A DNA stretch of 64,000 nucleotides from Coraliomargarita sp. (lineage in GTDB: Bacteria > Verrucomicrobiota > Verrucomicrobiia > Opitutales > Coraliomargaritaceae), in NCBI GenBank assembly GCA_965216325.1, contig OZ244160.1:2688001-2752000 (forward strand), given 5' to 3'. A program made the translations under genes and the position numbers. The notes beneath the pieces were generated by a model. The model did not search any database, was not told the origin of the DNA, and worked only from the letters and a program-made list of their open reading frames with translations. Position 1 is the first letter of the stretch. Every line of letters starts with the position of its first letter. Below are positions 9,694 to 19,848 of the stretch, in pieces.

Positions 9694-10545
9694 TTACTTG
9701 AAGTTCAAACTTGAAATAAAGCCATCAATCGCGGCTGCCGTTGCACCAGGTTGCTCGAGGTGGGGCATGTGGCCCGCATTTGGAATGGTGAAGTGTGAAG
9801 TGTAAGGTGTGAAAGAGCTAGCCATCTGCTCGGCGATGCGGGTGTATTTGATGTCTTCTGCGCCGGTAATGAGCAGCACAGGTATTTTCAGTTTAGAAAG
9901 CTCGGGCCAGAGGTTGGGGCAACTGCCTTGGCCGAATTCACGTAGGCTGCGGGCGAGTCCGGTTGCAGTGTGTTGGGCTCGGCTTGCGCGCATGGCTGCA
10001 CGCCACTCGCTGCGGATACGTTGCTGGCTGCGGATCATCGGGGTGCTTTGCCAGAACTCGATGAACGCGGCAGCGCCATCGGTCTCAATCCGCTGTGCTA
10101 GTTTGTCGTCGACGCGGCGGCGCTCAGTGCGGCCGTCGGCTGATTCGATGCCGGGGTTGGGACTGATTAAAATAAGAGCGTCCCAAGATTCTGGATGCGC
10201 GCAGGCATGTTGTAGCGCGGCGCGGGCGCCCATCGAATAGCCAAGAAGGATATGCGATGGTGGAGTGGAGGACGGACCTTTATTGTCCGTCGTATCAGCT
10301 GGATCGTGCGGTGGTTGCTCATCAGTGGTGCAGGACAGTAAAGGTCCTGCCTCCATTGCGATGCGTTGTTGTTGAACGAAACAGACCGTGGCCTCCGGTG
10401 TGCAGTCGAGATCGTTTGCTGTGCCATGTCCGGGGAGGTCGGGACAGTGCCATAGGCCTAAGGTATGACAAAACGGCGAGAACTCTTTGAAGTCCTCGCC
10501 GCTGCCGGTAAATCCGTGTAAGGCTAGTATGGATGGTTTGGGCAT
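9694..10545 (-). CDS. menH: MenH-like alpha/beta hydrolase (SHCHC synthase-like)
   Basis: LHGFTGS, DLPGHG, GYSMGAR nucleophile elbow, RRRVDDKLA, AGHMPHLEQP. Confidence 0.75.
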   Translation of the reverse strand: MPKPSILALHGFTGSGEDFKEFSPFCHTLGLWHCPDLPGHGTANDLDCTPEATVCFVQQQRIAMEAGPLLSCTTDEQPPHDPADTTDNKGPSSTPPSHILLGYSMGARAALQHACAHPESWDALILISPNPGIESADGRTERRRVDDKLAQRIETDGAAAFIEFWQSTPMIRSQQRIRSEWRAAMRASRAQHTATGLARSLREFGQGSCPNLWPELSKLKIPVLLITGAEDIKYTRIAEQMASSFTPYTSHFTIPNAGHMPHLEQPGATAAAIDGFISSLNFK

Positions 10546-10556
10546 TCGTCGCCTAG

Positions 10557-10614
10557 GTCGGGCGTGATATCCTTATCGCGCCGTTGGCGGATCGTTGGAG
10601 ACAACGATCCCTAC
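10557..10614. repeat. REP doublet (GTCG/GTAG...CTAC), sibling of 16980-17059
   Basis: GGGCGTGATATCCTTATCGCGCC arm shared with the 16980 copy; ends CCCTAC. Confidence 0.7.
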
Positions 10615-10616
10615 CT

Positions 10617-11087
10617 TTAGTCGACAACTTTAGCGGAAATGATCTTTTGTTCGTCGACTGGGCGGTCGCCCGCGCCTTTCTTTACCTTCTCGAGCTTTTC
10701 AACGACGTCCATGCCATTGACGACTTTGCCGAAGATGGTGTGACGCATGTGGAGCCATGGAGTTGGCACGGTGGTGATGAAAAACTGGCTGCCGTTGGTG
10801 CCAGGGCCAGCGTTTGCCATGGCAAGAATGCCGGGCTTGTCGAAGGCTAGGTCGCGTGCGCACTCGTCTTCGAAAGGCTTGCCCCAAATGGACTCACCAC
10901 CCATGCCAGTGCCGGTGGGGTCCCCACCTTGGATCATGAACTCTTCGATGATGCGGTGGAAGATGATGCCGTTGTAGTAGCCGTTCTTGATGTGTGTGGT
11001 GAAGTTTTCGCAGGTCTTCGGTGCGATGTCTTCGAAAAGTGTGAATTCGATGTTACCTTGTGTGGTTTCGAGGATGACGTTGGCCAT
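10617..11087 (-). CDS. Cyclophilin-type peptidyl-prolyl cis-trans isomerase
   Basis: APKTCENF, FHRII, MIQGGDP, AMANAGPGTNGSQFFIT, HTIFG. Confidence 0.97.
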   Translation of the reverse strand: MANVILETTQGNIEFTLFEDIAPKTCENFTTHIKNGYYNGIIFHRIIEEFMIQGGDPTGTGMGGESIWGKPFEDECARDLAFDKPGILAMANAGPGTNGSQFFITTVPTPWLHMRHTIFGKVVNGMDVVEKLEKVKKGAGDRPVDEQKIISAKVVD

Positions 11088-11233
11088 AGTGTTGTTGTTT
11101 GAACGTGGTTGGTTGAAGTTGAAGCTGCGAAGTGTGAGTTCAGGACTGCCTTGCGTAAAGGGATTTTGTGAAGTGAAAATCGGTTGCAGATTTTTGTCGC
11201 AGCCTGCGAAGGCTGTCTTGCAAAATGCGCTCG

Positions 11234-11788
11234 ATGAAGAACAAGCCACAGTCCGAAAAGCCGAATCTCTACCTAGTGGGTTTCATGGGGGTGGGGAAGT
11301 CTGCGATTGGGCGCAAGGTGGCCAAAGAGCTGGGTTTCCAGTTCATCGATTCAGACCACGAGATTGAGGCGAAGGTTGGTAAGAAGATCCCGCAGATTTT
11401 CGAATCGGAAGGCGAAGCGCGTTTTCGCCAGTATGAGCGCGAGTTTATCGAGTCGGGCCATCCCGCGACGAATTGCGTGATCTCAACGGGGGGCGGCTTG
11501 GTGGTTCAGCCGGGCATGAAGGACCTGCTCAAAGAGAAGGGTGTGGTCATTTGCCTGTTCGCTTCGGTCGAGAGTATTATTGAGCGCACCAGCCGTAATA
11601 GTAATCGCCCGCTGCTGCAGGTGGAGCATCCGGAAGAGCGTATCCGCACGCTATTGGCTGAGCGTGAGCCCATCTACATGGAAGCGGGCGCATGTATCTC
11701 TACTGATGGACGCACCATCCCTGAAGTGGTGCATCACATGATGCGCACTTACAAGAGCTGCGCGAAGAACCCTCGTGGCTGCAAGTAG
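11234..11788 (+). CDS. aroK: Shikimate kinase
   Basis: LVGFMGVGKS, GEARFRQYE, ISTGGG, RPLL. Confidence 0.96.
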   Translation: MKNKPQSEKPNLYLVGFMGVGKSAIGRKVAKELGFQFIDSDHEIEAKVGKKIPQIFESEGEARFRQYEREFIESGHPATNCVISTGGGLVVQPGMKDLLKEKGVVICLFASVESIIERTSRNSNRPLLQVEHPEERIRTLLAEREPIYMEAGACISTDGRTIPEVVHHMMRTYKSCAKNPRGCK

Positions 11789-11796
11789 GGGGGGGC

Positions 11797-12204
11797 TTAG
11801 TTCTCGGTCCAAGCTTCGTCGATTTTCTCGAGGAAGTCAGTTGGGGGGCGCAGACCTTTGCCCTCGGAGTCCATGAAACCATGCGTGGTCGAGCCAGTGC
11901 AGAGCACGGTGTCGCCGCGGCGCACTTCATATTCAAATCGGAAGCGTGCACGCGGCTTTTCGCGCATGAATAGGTGCACTTCAAGGCGGTCGTCGAATTG
12001 AGCCGGCTGTTTATACTGTGCGGAGGCATCCAGCACAGGGATGAGGTAGCCTTTTGATTCCATCTCCTTGTAAGGGATGCCGAGTCCGTCGAGCATCAGA
12101 ATCCGTGCGGTCTCAAACCACACGAAGTAGTTACTGTGATAAACCACATCCATGCGATCGGTCTCGGCATAACGCACACGAACATTGGAGACTGTATGAA
12201 TCAT
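11797..12204 (-). CDS. Acyl-CoA thioesterase, YbgC/FadM hot-dog family
   Basis: VRYAETDRMDVVYHSNYFVWFETAR. Confidence 0.93.
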   Translation of the reverse strand: MIHTVSNVRVRYAETDRMDVVYHSNYFVWFETARILMLDGLGIPYKEMESKGYLIPVLDASAQYKQPAQFDDRLEVHLFMREKPRARFRFEYEVRRGDTVLCTGSTTHGFMDSEGKGLRPPTDFLEKIDEAWTEN

Positions 12205-12308
12205 GGCGGAGAATTGGAGCGCAGCGAGTCGGGCGTGACGAGTGAAAACACGACTTTGAGTGCATTTTCGCTCGTCACCTGTCGAAATGTCCTCTTAAGC
12301 CTGTGCGC

Positions 12309-12599
12309 ATGGTATCCATCCTCTGTGGCATATTCCGCTGGATCTTCGACTGGCTGTATTTCGTCTGCCTGATCTGTTTTACAGGTGCAGTGCTGGGCGC
12401 GCTGTCGCATGTGTTGTGGGGGCTGTTCTTTTACGAGGATCCGGACCATGGCTACATGTTGGCGCTTGGTGTGTTACATGGGCTGAACTATGGTGGCGTC
12501 TGGGCTGGGGGCGCGGCAATCGTGCTCTGTGTAATTCGGGCGCGTAAGGAATATTTGCAAAAGGAGGCCTCGCTGGCAACGCGGGGGGCGAAATCATGA
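12309..12599 (+). CDS. Small hypothetical membrane protein (about 2 TM)
   Basis: Hydrophobic ORF whose stop overlaps the next start (ATGA). Confidence 0.7.
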   Translation: MVSILCGIFRWIFDWLYFVCLICFTGAVLGALSHVLWGLFFYEDPDHGYMLALGVLHGLNYGGVWAGGAAIVLCVIRARKEYLQKEASLATRGAKS

Positions 12600-13156
12600 A
12601 AAAATCAGAGCGTATTAGTGTCTACTTCATTGGCTTCTTTCTCGGGATGGTCCTCGTCTCTGTGATTCTCTCTCGCAAAGCGGCTCGTGAGGAAGTCCAT
12701 GTCGATCCATGGCACACGCACAATGAACAGATCGAGGCGGTTGGTGCAGAACGACTTCCGGAGGCAATTCACGCGTCTATGCTCAAGGGCGATGTGCTGC
12801 GCTTTGGTTATCTGCCATCTGAGGAGGCTCCTACAGAGCGTGTCTGGTTGCTAAATTTCCGTAAGAGCTACCCCTACGTGCGGGTGGTGGAAACGATTGA
12901 AACGGGTGAGCTGTCTTACATGGCTGCCGATCAGATTAAGCTTTGGCTAGCGGATGGAGTGGATGTTGTTGATCTGAAACCGATGCTGGATGAGCTGGAA
13001 CTGCGTCTGCGCAATTTTAAGCGCAAGGAAAATTTCGTGGTTGTTGGAGTGCTGAGCACTCAAATAGACGCGGTGCCGGCAACTTTAGAAGCAATTCAGC
13101 CGTGGTCGGAGCTGTTTGAGAAGGCCGAGTCCGATTGGCTCGAATTCAGCGAATAG
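12596..13156 (+). CDS. Membrane-anchored hypothetical protein resembling a subtilase prodomain
   Basis: N-terminal TM helix; YPYVRV...MAADQIKLWL...DAVPATLEAI...AESDW pattern. Confidence 0.7.
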   Translation: MKKSERISVYFIGFFLGMVLVSVILSRKAAREEVHVDPWHTHNEQIEAVGAERLPEAIHASMLKGDVLRFGYLPSEEAPTERVWLLNFRKSYPYVRVVETIETGELSYMAADQIKLWLADGVDVVDLKPMLDELELRLRNFKRKENFVVVGVLSTQIDAVPATLEAIQPWSELFEKAESDWLEFSE

Positions 13157-13327
13157 TGCCTGGTTTTTGTCTGTCACGCGCTGCAGAAGCCATTGATTCC
13201 CAGAAAATTGCCGTGGGTGGCAATCTGCAAAACTGGGGCAACATAGGCATTGACCCGAAAAAATCTTTTGCCTTTATTGGCCGACTTTTTCCGCTTTGGG
13301 CATCCGGCCCACCAACTTTCAACTTTT

Positions 13328-14653
13328 ATGAGCACCGTGAAAACTGACGTCAAAGACATCAACGAAACCCGCAAGACTATCACCGTAAGCTTCACCGCAG
13401 ACGAGGTGACTGCACAGGAAGCTAAGCTGGTGAGCGACTACCAGCGTCAGGCGAAAATCCCTGGCTTCCGTCCAGGTAAGGCTCCTGAGAACATGGTCCG
13501 TACTCGCTTCGCGAAGGACATCGCGAACGAGCTCAAGAACCGCGTCGTCTCCAAGGCACACCAAGACGGTGTTGCTGGTTCCGACCTCAACATCTACGGC
13601 ATCGTCGAGCTCGACGAAGGTGAAATCGCAACTGGTTCCGACGCGAACATCACATTCACAGTGGACATCGTTCCTGAGTTCGATGTCCCAGCATACGAAG
13701 GTCTCAAGCTTGTTAACGAGCCAACTGAAGCATCCGACGAAGAAGTCGAGAAGATGCTCAACCAAATCCTTAGCCAACGCGCAGAGTTCAACGTCGCGGA
13801 AAAGGCTGCCGAGAAGGGCGACTACGTCCGCTGTGGCTACGAAGGTAAGATCGGCGACGAGCTTGTTGCTGACATCGTTCCTGAAGCTGCCATGTATGGC
13901 ACTCAGAAGACCACATGGGAAGAAGCGGGTGCTGAAGAGGCTCCTGGCGTTCGCGCAGTCATCGACGGTGTGGTTGGCATGAAGGCTGGCGACGAGAAGG
14001 AAGTCACTATGGAGTTCCCTGAAGACTTCGAGCCTGCTGCGCTTGCAGGTAAGACTGCAACTTACGTGATCAAGGCAGAAGAAGTTCGCGAGAAGGTCTT
14101 GCCAGAAATGGACGAAGAGTTCTTCAAGGCCCTTCAAGTGAAGGATGAAGCAGAGCTTCGCTCCAAGATCTCCGAGAACATCGAGAACCAAAAGAAGCAA
14201 CAAAACTTCCAAGCTGAGCGCGCTCAAATCACGGAGCAGCTGAACGACGCAGTTCAGTTCGAGCTTCCAGAAAGTGGCATCCAAAGCGAAACTGACAGCA
14301 TCCTCCGCGAATTCATGCAGCAAAATATGCAGCGTGGTGCGACTCAGGAAGACTTCGAAAAGCAAAAGGAAGAACTCCACGCTGGCGCATCTGCAGCAGC
14401 ACTCTCCCGCCTGAAGTCACGCTTCATCCTCGGTAAGATTGCTGAGAAGGAGAAGATCAAGGTGGAGAACGAAGACTTCAGCCGTGTAATCATGAACCAA
14501 GCGATGCAATCTGGTCAAAAGCCAGACAAGCTGGTGAAGGAACTCAAGAAGGATCAAAACGCGATCAACCAGATGCGCGTCGACATCCTCCTCGGTAAGA
14601 CTATGGATCTTCTCGTGGAGAAGGCCGAGCGCGAGGTGGTTGAAGCGAAGTAA
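13328..14653 (+). CDS. tig: Trigger factor
   Basis: IPGFRPGKAP signature, FKBP domain, position upstream of clpPX. Confidence 0.97.
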   Translation: MSTVKTDVKDINETRKTITVSFTADEVTAQEAKLVSDYQRQAKIPGFRPGKAPENMVRTRFAKDIANELKNRVVSKAHQDGVAGSDLNIYGIVELDEGEIATGSDANITFTVDIVPEFDVPAYEGLKLVNEPTEASDEEVEKMLNQILSQRAEFNVAEKAAEKGDYVRCGYEGKIGDELVADIVPEAAMYGTQKTTWEEAGAEEAPGVRAVIDGVVGMKAGDEKEVTMEFPEDFEPAALAGKTATYVIKAEEVREKVLPEMDEEFFKALQVKDEAELRSKISENIENQKKQQNFQAERAQITEQLNDAVQFELPESGIQSETDSILREFMQQNMQRGATQEDFEKQKEELHAGASAAALSRLKSRFILGKIAEKEKIKVENEDFSRVIMNQAMQSGQKPDKLVKELKKDQNAINQMRVDILLGKTMDLLVEKAEREVVEAK

Positions 14654-14693
14654 AGTAGAAGCGGTATCTTGCTGCTTTCATGATTTTATTTTC

Positions 14694-14726
14694 GAGGGAC
14701 GTGTGGAAACACGTCCCTCTTTTTTC
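14694..14726 (+). terminator. Intrinsic terminator after tig
   Basis: GAGGGACGTG-loop-CACGTCCCTC followed by a T run. Confidence 0.8.
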
Positions 14727-14732
14727 GGCAAG

Positions 14733-14806
14733 TTGGAGGGCGGACACTCTTGTCCGCCTTGCCTTTGTTTAGCTGCAGCGGGCAGGACAAGAGTGTCCTG
14801 CCTCCT
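14733..14806. repeat. GGAG...CTCC REP-like doublet
   Basis: GGAGGGCGGACACTCTTGTCCGCC ... GCAGGACAAGAGTGTCCTGCCTCC. Confidence 0.7.
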
Positions 14807-14884
14807 TTTTTCAGCGAAGTAGGAAAAGCATTTGCTTTGCCCGCATTCGCGCCTAGGCTGAGCTTTTTTATACCGATTTATACT

Positions 14885-15485
<601 letters not shown>

Positions 15486-15590
15486 TGCCGCGTTTCAGGT
15501 TGCTAGTTGAAGGTTGTTTGTTTCGGCCCGATCTGCTAGTGTCCTACGAACAATAATCAACGTTCAACCAACAACTTTTCAACAGTTCCA

Positions 15591-16976
15591 ATGGCTAAAT
15601 CTACACGTATGACATTTTGCTCCTTCTGCGGTAAAGCGCAGAACGAAGTGCGCAAGATGATTGCCGGTCCTGCCGGCGTTCACATCTGTGATTCCTGTGT
15701 GTCTGTGTGTAAGACCATTATTGATCGCGAGCTCTCCGGAGCGGCGCCTGAAGGCGGCGAGGGCACCAGTGCTGCAGCCGCCACACAGTCTCGTTTCAAT
15801 CTGGTCAAGCCAGCCGACATCAAGGCGCACTTGGATGATCACATTATCAGCCAGGACTACGCAAAGCGTGCGCTGGCAGTTGCGGTCTACAACCACTATA
15901 AGCGTCTTCGTTCCGAAGATCGGATTGAGGCATCGACCGAATTTGCCGAACTCGACCATGAGTTCAAAGACGTGCAGATTGAAAAGAGCAATATCCTGCT
16001 GCTCGGTCCAACCGGTAGCGGTAAGACACTACTTGCGCGCACACTCGCTAAGGTTCTGGGTGTTCCTTTCGCGATTGCGGATGCCACAACATTGACCGAA
16101 GCCGGTTATGTGGGTGAAGACGTTGAAAATATCGTCCTTCGATTGCTGCAAACTGCAGACTACGATGTGAAGAAGGCGGAGTGCGGTATTATCTACGTCG
16201 ACGAAATCGATAAGATCGGCCGTAAGACCGACAACGTTTCGATCACTCGCGATGTTTCCGGTGAAGGTGTGCAGCAAGCACTGCTTAAGATTTTGGAAGG
16301 TACCGTATGTAACGTTCCACCACAGGGTGGACGCAAGCATCCGAATCAGGAATACATTCAATTGGATACTTCCAACATCCTGTTCATCTGTGGTGGTGCT
16401 TTCGTGGGACTCGATAAGATCGTTCAAGGTCGCATGGGCTCGAAGGCTATGGGCTTCGATACCACGCACAATGCGCGCAATAACGAAGTGCCTGTCAGTG
16501 AGTTGCTACGTGAGACTCAGCCGGAGGATTTGGTGCACTTCGGTATGATCCCGGAATTTATTGGCCGCCTGCCAATGGTGGCGGTGTTGGACGAATTGAG
16601 CGAAAGCGATCTCGAACACATCCTGCAAAACACAAAGAACGCGCTGACCAAGCAATACAGCAAGCTGTTCATGATGGATGGTGCGAAGCTGCACTTCACT
16701 CGCGATGCAATCCGTGCAATCGCAGAGAAGGCAATTGCCTTGAAGACCGGTGCGCGTGCGCTACGTTCGATCATGGAGCGCATTATGCTCGAAGTGATGT
16801 ATGACTTGCCGCAGACCGAAAATGTTGAGCAGGTAATTATCAATCGCTCGGTTGTCGAAGGTCGTGGTAAGCCAAAGCTGAAGCTGCTCTCCGAAGCGGC
16901 CATTGAAGCTAAAGAAAAGGCCAAGGCGGCAACCAAGGCAGCAGAGGACTCCGTCGGTCCGGCTGATGCAGCGTAG
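15591..16976 (+). CDS. clpX: ATP-dependent Clp protease ATP-binding subunit
   Basis: CSFCGK zinc finger, [22 protein letters not shown]. Confidence 0.99.
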   Translation: MAKSTRMTFCSFCGKAQNEVRKMIAGPAGVHICDSCVSVCKTIIDRELSGAAPEGGEGTSAAAATQSRFNLVKPADIKAHLDDHIISQDYAKRALAVAVYNHYKRLRSEDRIEASTEFAELDHEFKDVQIEKSNILLLGPTGSGKTLLARTLAKVLGVPFAIADATTLTEAGYVGEDVENIVLRLLQTADYDVKKAECGIIYVDEIDKIGRKTDNVSITRDVSGEGVQQALLKILEGTVCNVPPQGGRKHPNQEYIQLDTSNILFICGGAFVGLDKIVQGRMGSKAMGFDTTHNARNNEVPVSELLRETQPEDLVHFGMIPEFIGRLPMVAVLDELSESDLEHILQNTKNALTKQYSKLFMMDGAKLHFTRDAIRAIAEKAIALKTGARALRSIMERIMLEVMYDLPQTENVEQVIINRSVVEGRGKPKLKLLSEAAIEAKEKAKAATKAAEDSVGPADAA

Positions 16977-16979
16977 CGG

Positions 16980-17059
16980 GTAGGGCGCAATATCCTTATC
17001 GCGCCGCCACGGCTGATCGCTTTTGCTCGGAGCGGTTCGTTCGGGATAACGAACCCTAC
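16980..17059. repeat. GTAG...CTAC REP doublet
   Basis: GTAGGGCGCAATATCCTTATCGCGCC ... GTTCGGGATAACGAACCCTAC. Confidence 0.72.
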
Positions 17060-17064
17060 CTGCC

Positions 17065-19014
17065 TTACTCAGCAGCCTGTGCATCCAGCAACAGACTCAA
17101 TTGCTCCGCGGCGATTTCCCACTCGTAGTTTTTCTCGTCCAAGCGTTTGGAGATGCGGCCTGCGCGGATATTGAGCTCTTTGGCTTTTTCGGGATCGTTA
17201 TACGTTTCCGGCGCTTCGAGTAATTGGCTGATCTCGGACTGTTCTTCTTCGAGCGAAAGGATTTCCTCTTCGAGTTTGGAGACTTGGTCTTCGATGCCTT
17301 TGCGGGCAGCTTTGTCGGCCTTGCGTTTCTCGGCATCGAGGCGTCGGCGCTCTTTGGCGCTGATTGCATTGCCGACTTTTGCTTTGCCTTCGTCTTCAGG
17401 GCGGGCGTTGTTCAGGCCCGCGATGAGTCCGCTTTGCTCTGAAGCCACACCGGACTTATGCAGATAGTAATCGTAGTCGCCTGCGTAGTGGGTGAGCTCG
17501 CCGGCTGAGATATGAATGGTGGCATCGGCGATCGCACGGATAAAGTGGACATCGTGACTCACGAACATGACCGTGCCGGTGTAGTCCTTCAGTGCGCCGA
17601 TAAGTGCGTCGATACTGGCCATGTCCAAGTGAGTGGTGGGCTCGTCGAGCAGGATGAAGTTGGGCGGAGCTAGTAGGAGTTTGACCAGTGCGAGGCGGCT
17701 TTTCTCTCCGCCGCTGAGCACTTTCACGCGCTTGTGCACATCATCGCCGCGGAACAGGAAGGCGCCGAGTAGATTGCGCACATCTTGGCCATTCACGCCG
17801 GGGCCGACTTTGTCCATCGCTTCGTCGAGCACGCTGCGGTTGAGATCGAGCACATCGACGCGTTGCTGTGAGAAATAGCCCACACTTACGTTGTGCCCAA
17901 GCTCCATGCTGCCGCCTTGAATGAGCACCACGCTGGCAAGGATTTTGAGTAGGGTGGACTTACCAGCACCGTTCGGGCCGACCAATACGATGTTTTGGCC
18001 CTTTTCAACTGTGAGGCTGAGGTCGCTGTAGACGATGTGATCACCGTAGGCTTGCTGAACATGCTCAACAGTCGCCACACGCTGGCCGCTGCGCTCCGGT
18101 TGGGGGAATTTGAAGTGGATTGTGCTTTCGTCGGACTCGGGTGCTTCGATGCGCTCCATCTTCTCGAGCTGCTTCAGTCGTGCTTGAGCCTGAGTCGCCT
18201 TACTGGCTTTCGCGCGGAAGCGTTCGACGAAGGCTTCGAGGTGAGCGATTTCCTTTTGCTGGTTTTCGTAAGCAGCGAGATGCTGTGCCTCGCGCTCGGC
18301 CTTTTGCTTGAGGTAGGCATCGTAGTTGCCGACGTAGCGGTGCAGCTTGCGGTGGCGAATTTCAACGATGTCGTTGCAGATCGAGTTGAGGAATTCGCGG
18401 TCGTGCGAGATTGTCAGAATGGCCCCGGAATAGCGGCAGAGTTGTTGTTGAAACCAGCCGAGCGTTTCCAAATCCAAGTGATTGGTTGGCTCGTCGAGCA
18501 TCAGTAGGTCTGGCTCCATGACGAGCAGGCGTGCGAGGTGGGCACGCATAATCCAGCCACCACTCAAGGTGCGGGCGGGCTTATCGTAGTCTTCGGGGCG
18601 AAAGGCGAGGCCCGCGAGCGTGCGCTTGGCTTTGGCTTCCAGTTGGTAGCCTTCGAGTTCGACGAAGCGCTCGGTGGCGGCCAGACGCTCTTGTGAATTC
18701 GGATCACTGTGCTCACGGAACACTTTGTAGAGTCCGGCAATCTCGTCAGTTATCGAGACCGCGAGCTCGACCACCGTCTCGTCTCCGGCAGGCGCGCTTT
18801 CCTGCGCGAGAAAGCCGACTTTGGTGCCGCGCTCAAATTCGACACTGCCGCCATCCGCTTCGTTATCGTCGCGAATGATGGAAAACAGGGTGGTCTTGCC
18901 TGCTCCATTGGGGCCAACGAGGCCGACCCGTTCGCCTTTATTCAGGCGCAGGGAAATGTCGGTGAAGAGTGTTTTGGGGCCGAAGCCTTTGCTAACTTGT
19001 GTGAGCGTGAGCAT
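17065..19014 (-). CDS. ABC-F family ATPase with C-terminal coiled coil (YheS/Uup-like)
   Basis: Two ABC cassettes (GPNGAGK, LSGG, LDEPT), no TM domains. Confidence 0.95.
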   Translation of the reverse strand: MLTLTQVSKGFGPKTLFTDISLRLNKGERVGLVGPNGAGKTTLFSIIRDDNEADGGSVEFERGTKVGFLAQESAPAGDETVVELAVSITDEIAGLYKVFREHSDPNSQERLAATERFVELEGYQLEAKAKRTLAGLAFRPEDYDKPARTLSGGWIMRAHLARLLVMEPDLLMLDEPTNHLDLETLGWFQQQLCRYSGAILTISHDREFLNSICNDIVEIRHRKLHRYVGNYDAYLKQKAEREAQHLAAYENQQKEIAHLEAFVERFRAKASKATQAQARLKQLEKMERIEAPESDESTIHFKFPQPERSGQRVATVEHVQQAYGDHIVYSDLSLTVEKGQNIVLVGPNGAGKSTLLKILASVVLIQGGSMELGHNVSVGYFSQQRVDVLDLNRSVLDEAMDKVGPGVNGQDVRNLLGAFLFRGDDVHKRVKVLSGGEKSRLALVKLLLAPPNFILLDEPTTHLDMASIDALIGALKDYTGTVMFVSHDVHFIRAIADATIHISAGELTHYAGDYDYYLHKSGVASEQSGLIAGLNNARPEDEGKAKVGNAISAKERRRLDAEKRKADKAARKGIEDQVSKLEEEILSLEEEQSEISQLLEAPETYNDPEKAKELNIRAGRISKRLDEKNYEWEIAAEQLSLLLDAQAAE

Positions 19015-19086
19015 TTGAGGCCGCGCGGAGCGCGGAGTGGAAAGGTATGAAAGTGTGAAGTGGGAAGGCCTAGCCTGCTGAAAGCG

Positions 19087-19166
19087 AATCTTACTCGTAA
19101 TCCTACTCTTAATCTTAATCCCTGTGCGTGAGTGAGATTACGATTAAGAGTAGGATTAGGAGTAAG
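19087..19166. repeat. Inverted pair of 6-nt tandem arrays
   Basis: aatcttactcgtaatcctactcttaatcttaatc ... gattacgattaagagtaggattaggagtaag. Confidence 0.85.
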
Positions 19167-19242
19167 TGGTGAAATCTTGTGAATGAATGTGCACGTAGGT
19201 CTTGCCTGTGTGCCAACTTGTGTCTTGTTTGCGGGTAAACAG

Positions 19243-19839
19243 ATGTCCGAACAAGCACAGAATCCACTCTATTTCCTCACCATCTGGTATCGGCCAGCAA
19301 ATACCGTGCGTGAAGTGATTGCCGCTGGCAAAGGGCACGGTCTGGCGGTGGCGATCGCCGCGATCTTCGGCGTGCTGCAAATCGACAGTGTATATCGAGC
19401 TCTTGAGGCTGAGAGTTTTGGCCCTTTTGCTTTAGCTGGTGCAGTTGGCGGTGTGTTGGTGCTCTACTTCATGGCGCTCTTAATGCGTAATTTTGCTCGT
19501 TGGTTTGGTGGTGGAGCTGATTTAAAGGCGGTGCGCACAGCCTTGGGCTTATCCCTGATGCCGTGGACGCTATTGTGGGGGATTGTATTTGTAGTTGCTC
19601 AACAATCTGGAGGTGATCCGGAGAGCGTGCAGCAGCTCTACCCGATAGTCGCGGGACTCTTTATCTATGGCTATGTCATTATGTTGTTAGCATCGTCTGC
19701 TGCATTGAATCTCTCCGCGTTGCGTGCCTTTGGCTGCTTAGTGCTTTCAGCAGTCGTGGCTTTCTTTATTCTGAATATGTTGGCGATGGTGATCATGGGG
19801 ATGCTTGGTATCGAGCCTCCGGTTGCGCCTGCACCTTGA
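19243..19839 (+). CDS. YIP1 family membrane protein
   Basis: IWYRPANTVREVI N-terminus, RWFGGGADLKAVR, several TM helices. Confidence 0.75.
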   Translation: MSEQAQNPLYFLTIWYRPANTVREVIAAGKGHGLAVAIAAIFGVLQIDSVYRALEAESFGPFALAGAVGGVLVLYFMALLMRNFARWFGGGADLKAVRTALGLSLMPWTLLWGIVFVVAQQSGGDPESVQQLYPIVAGLFIYGYVIMLLASSAALNLSALRAFGCLVLSAVVAFFILNMLAMVIMGMLGIEPPVAPAP

Positions 19840-19848
19840 TTGTATTCA

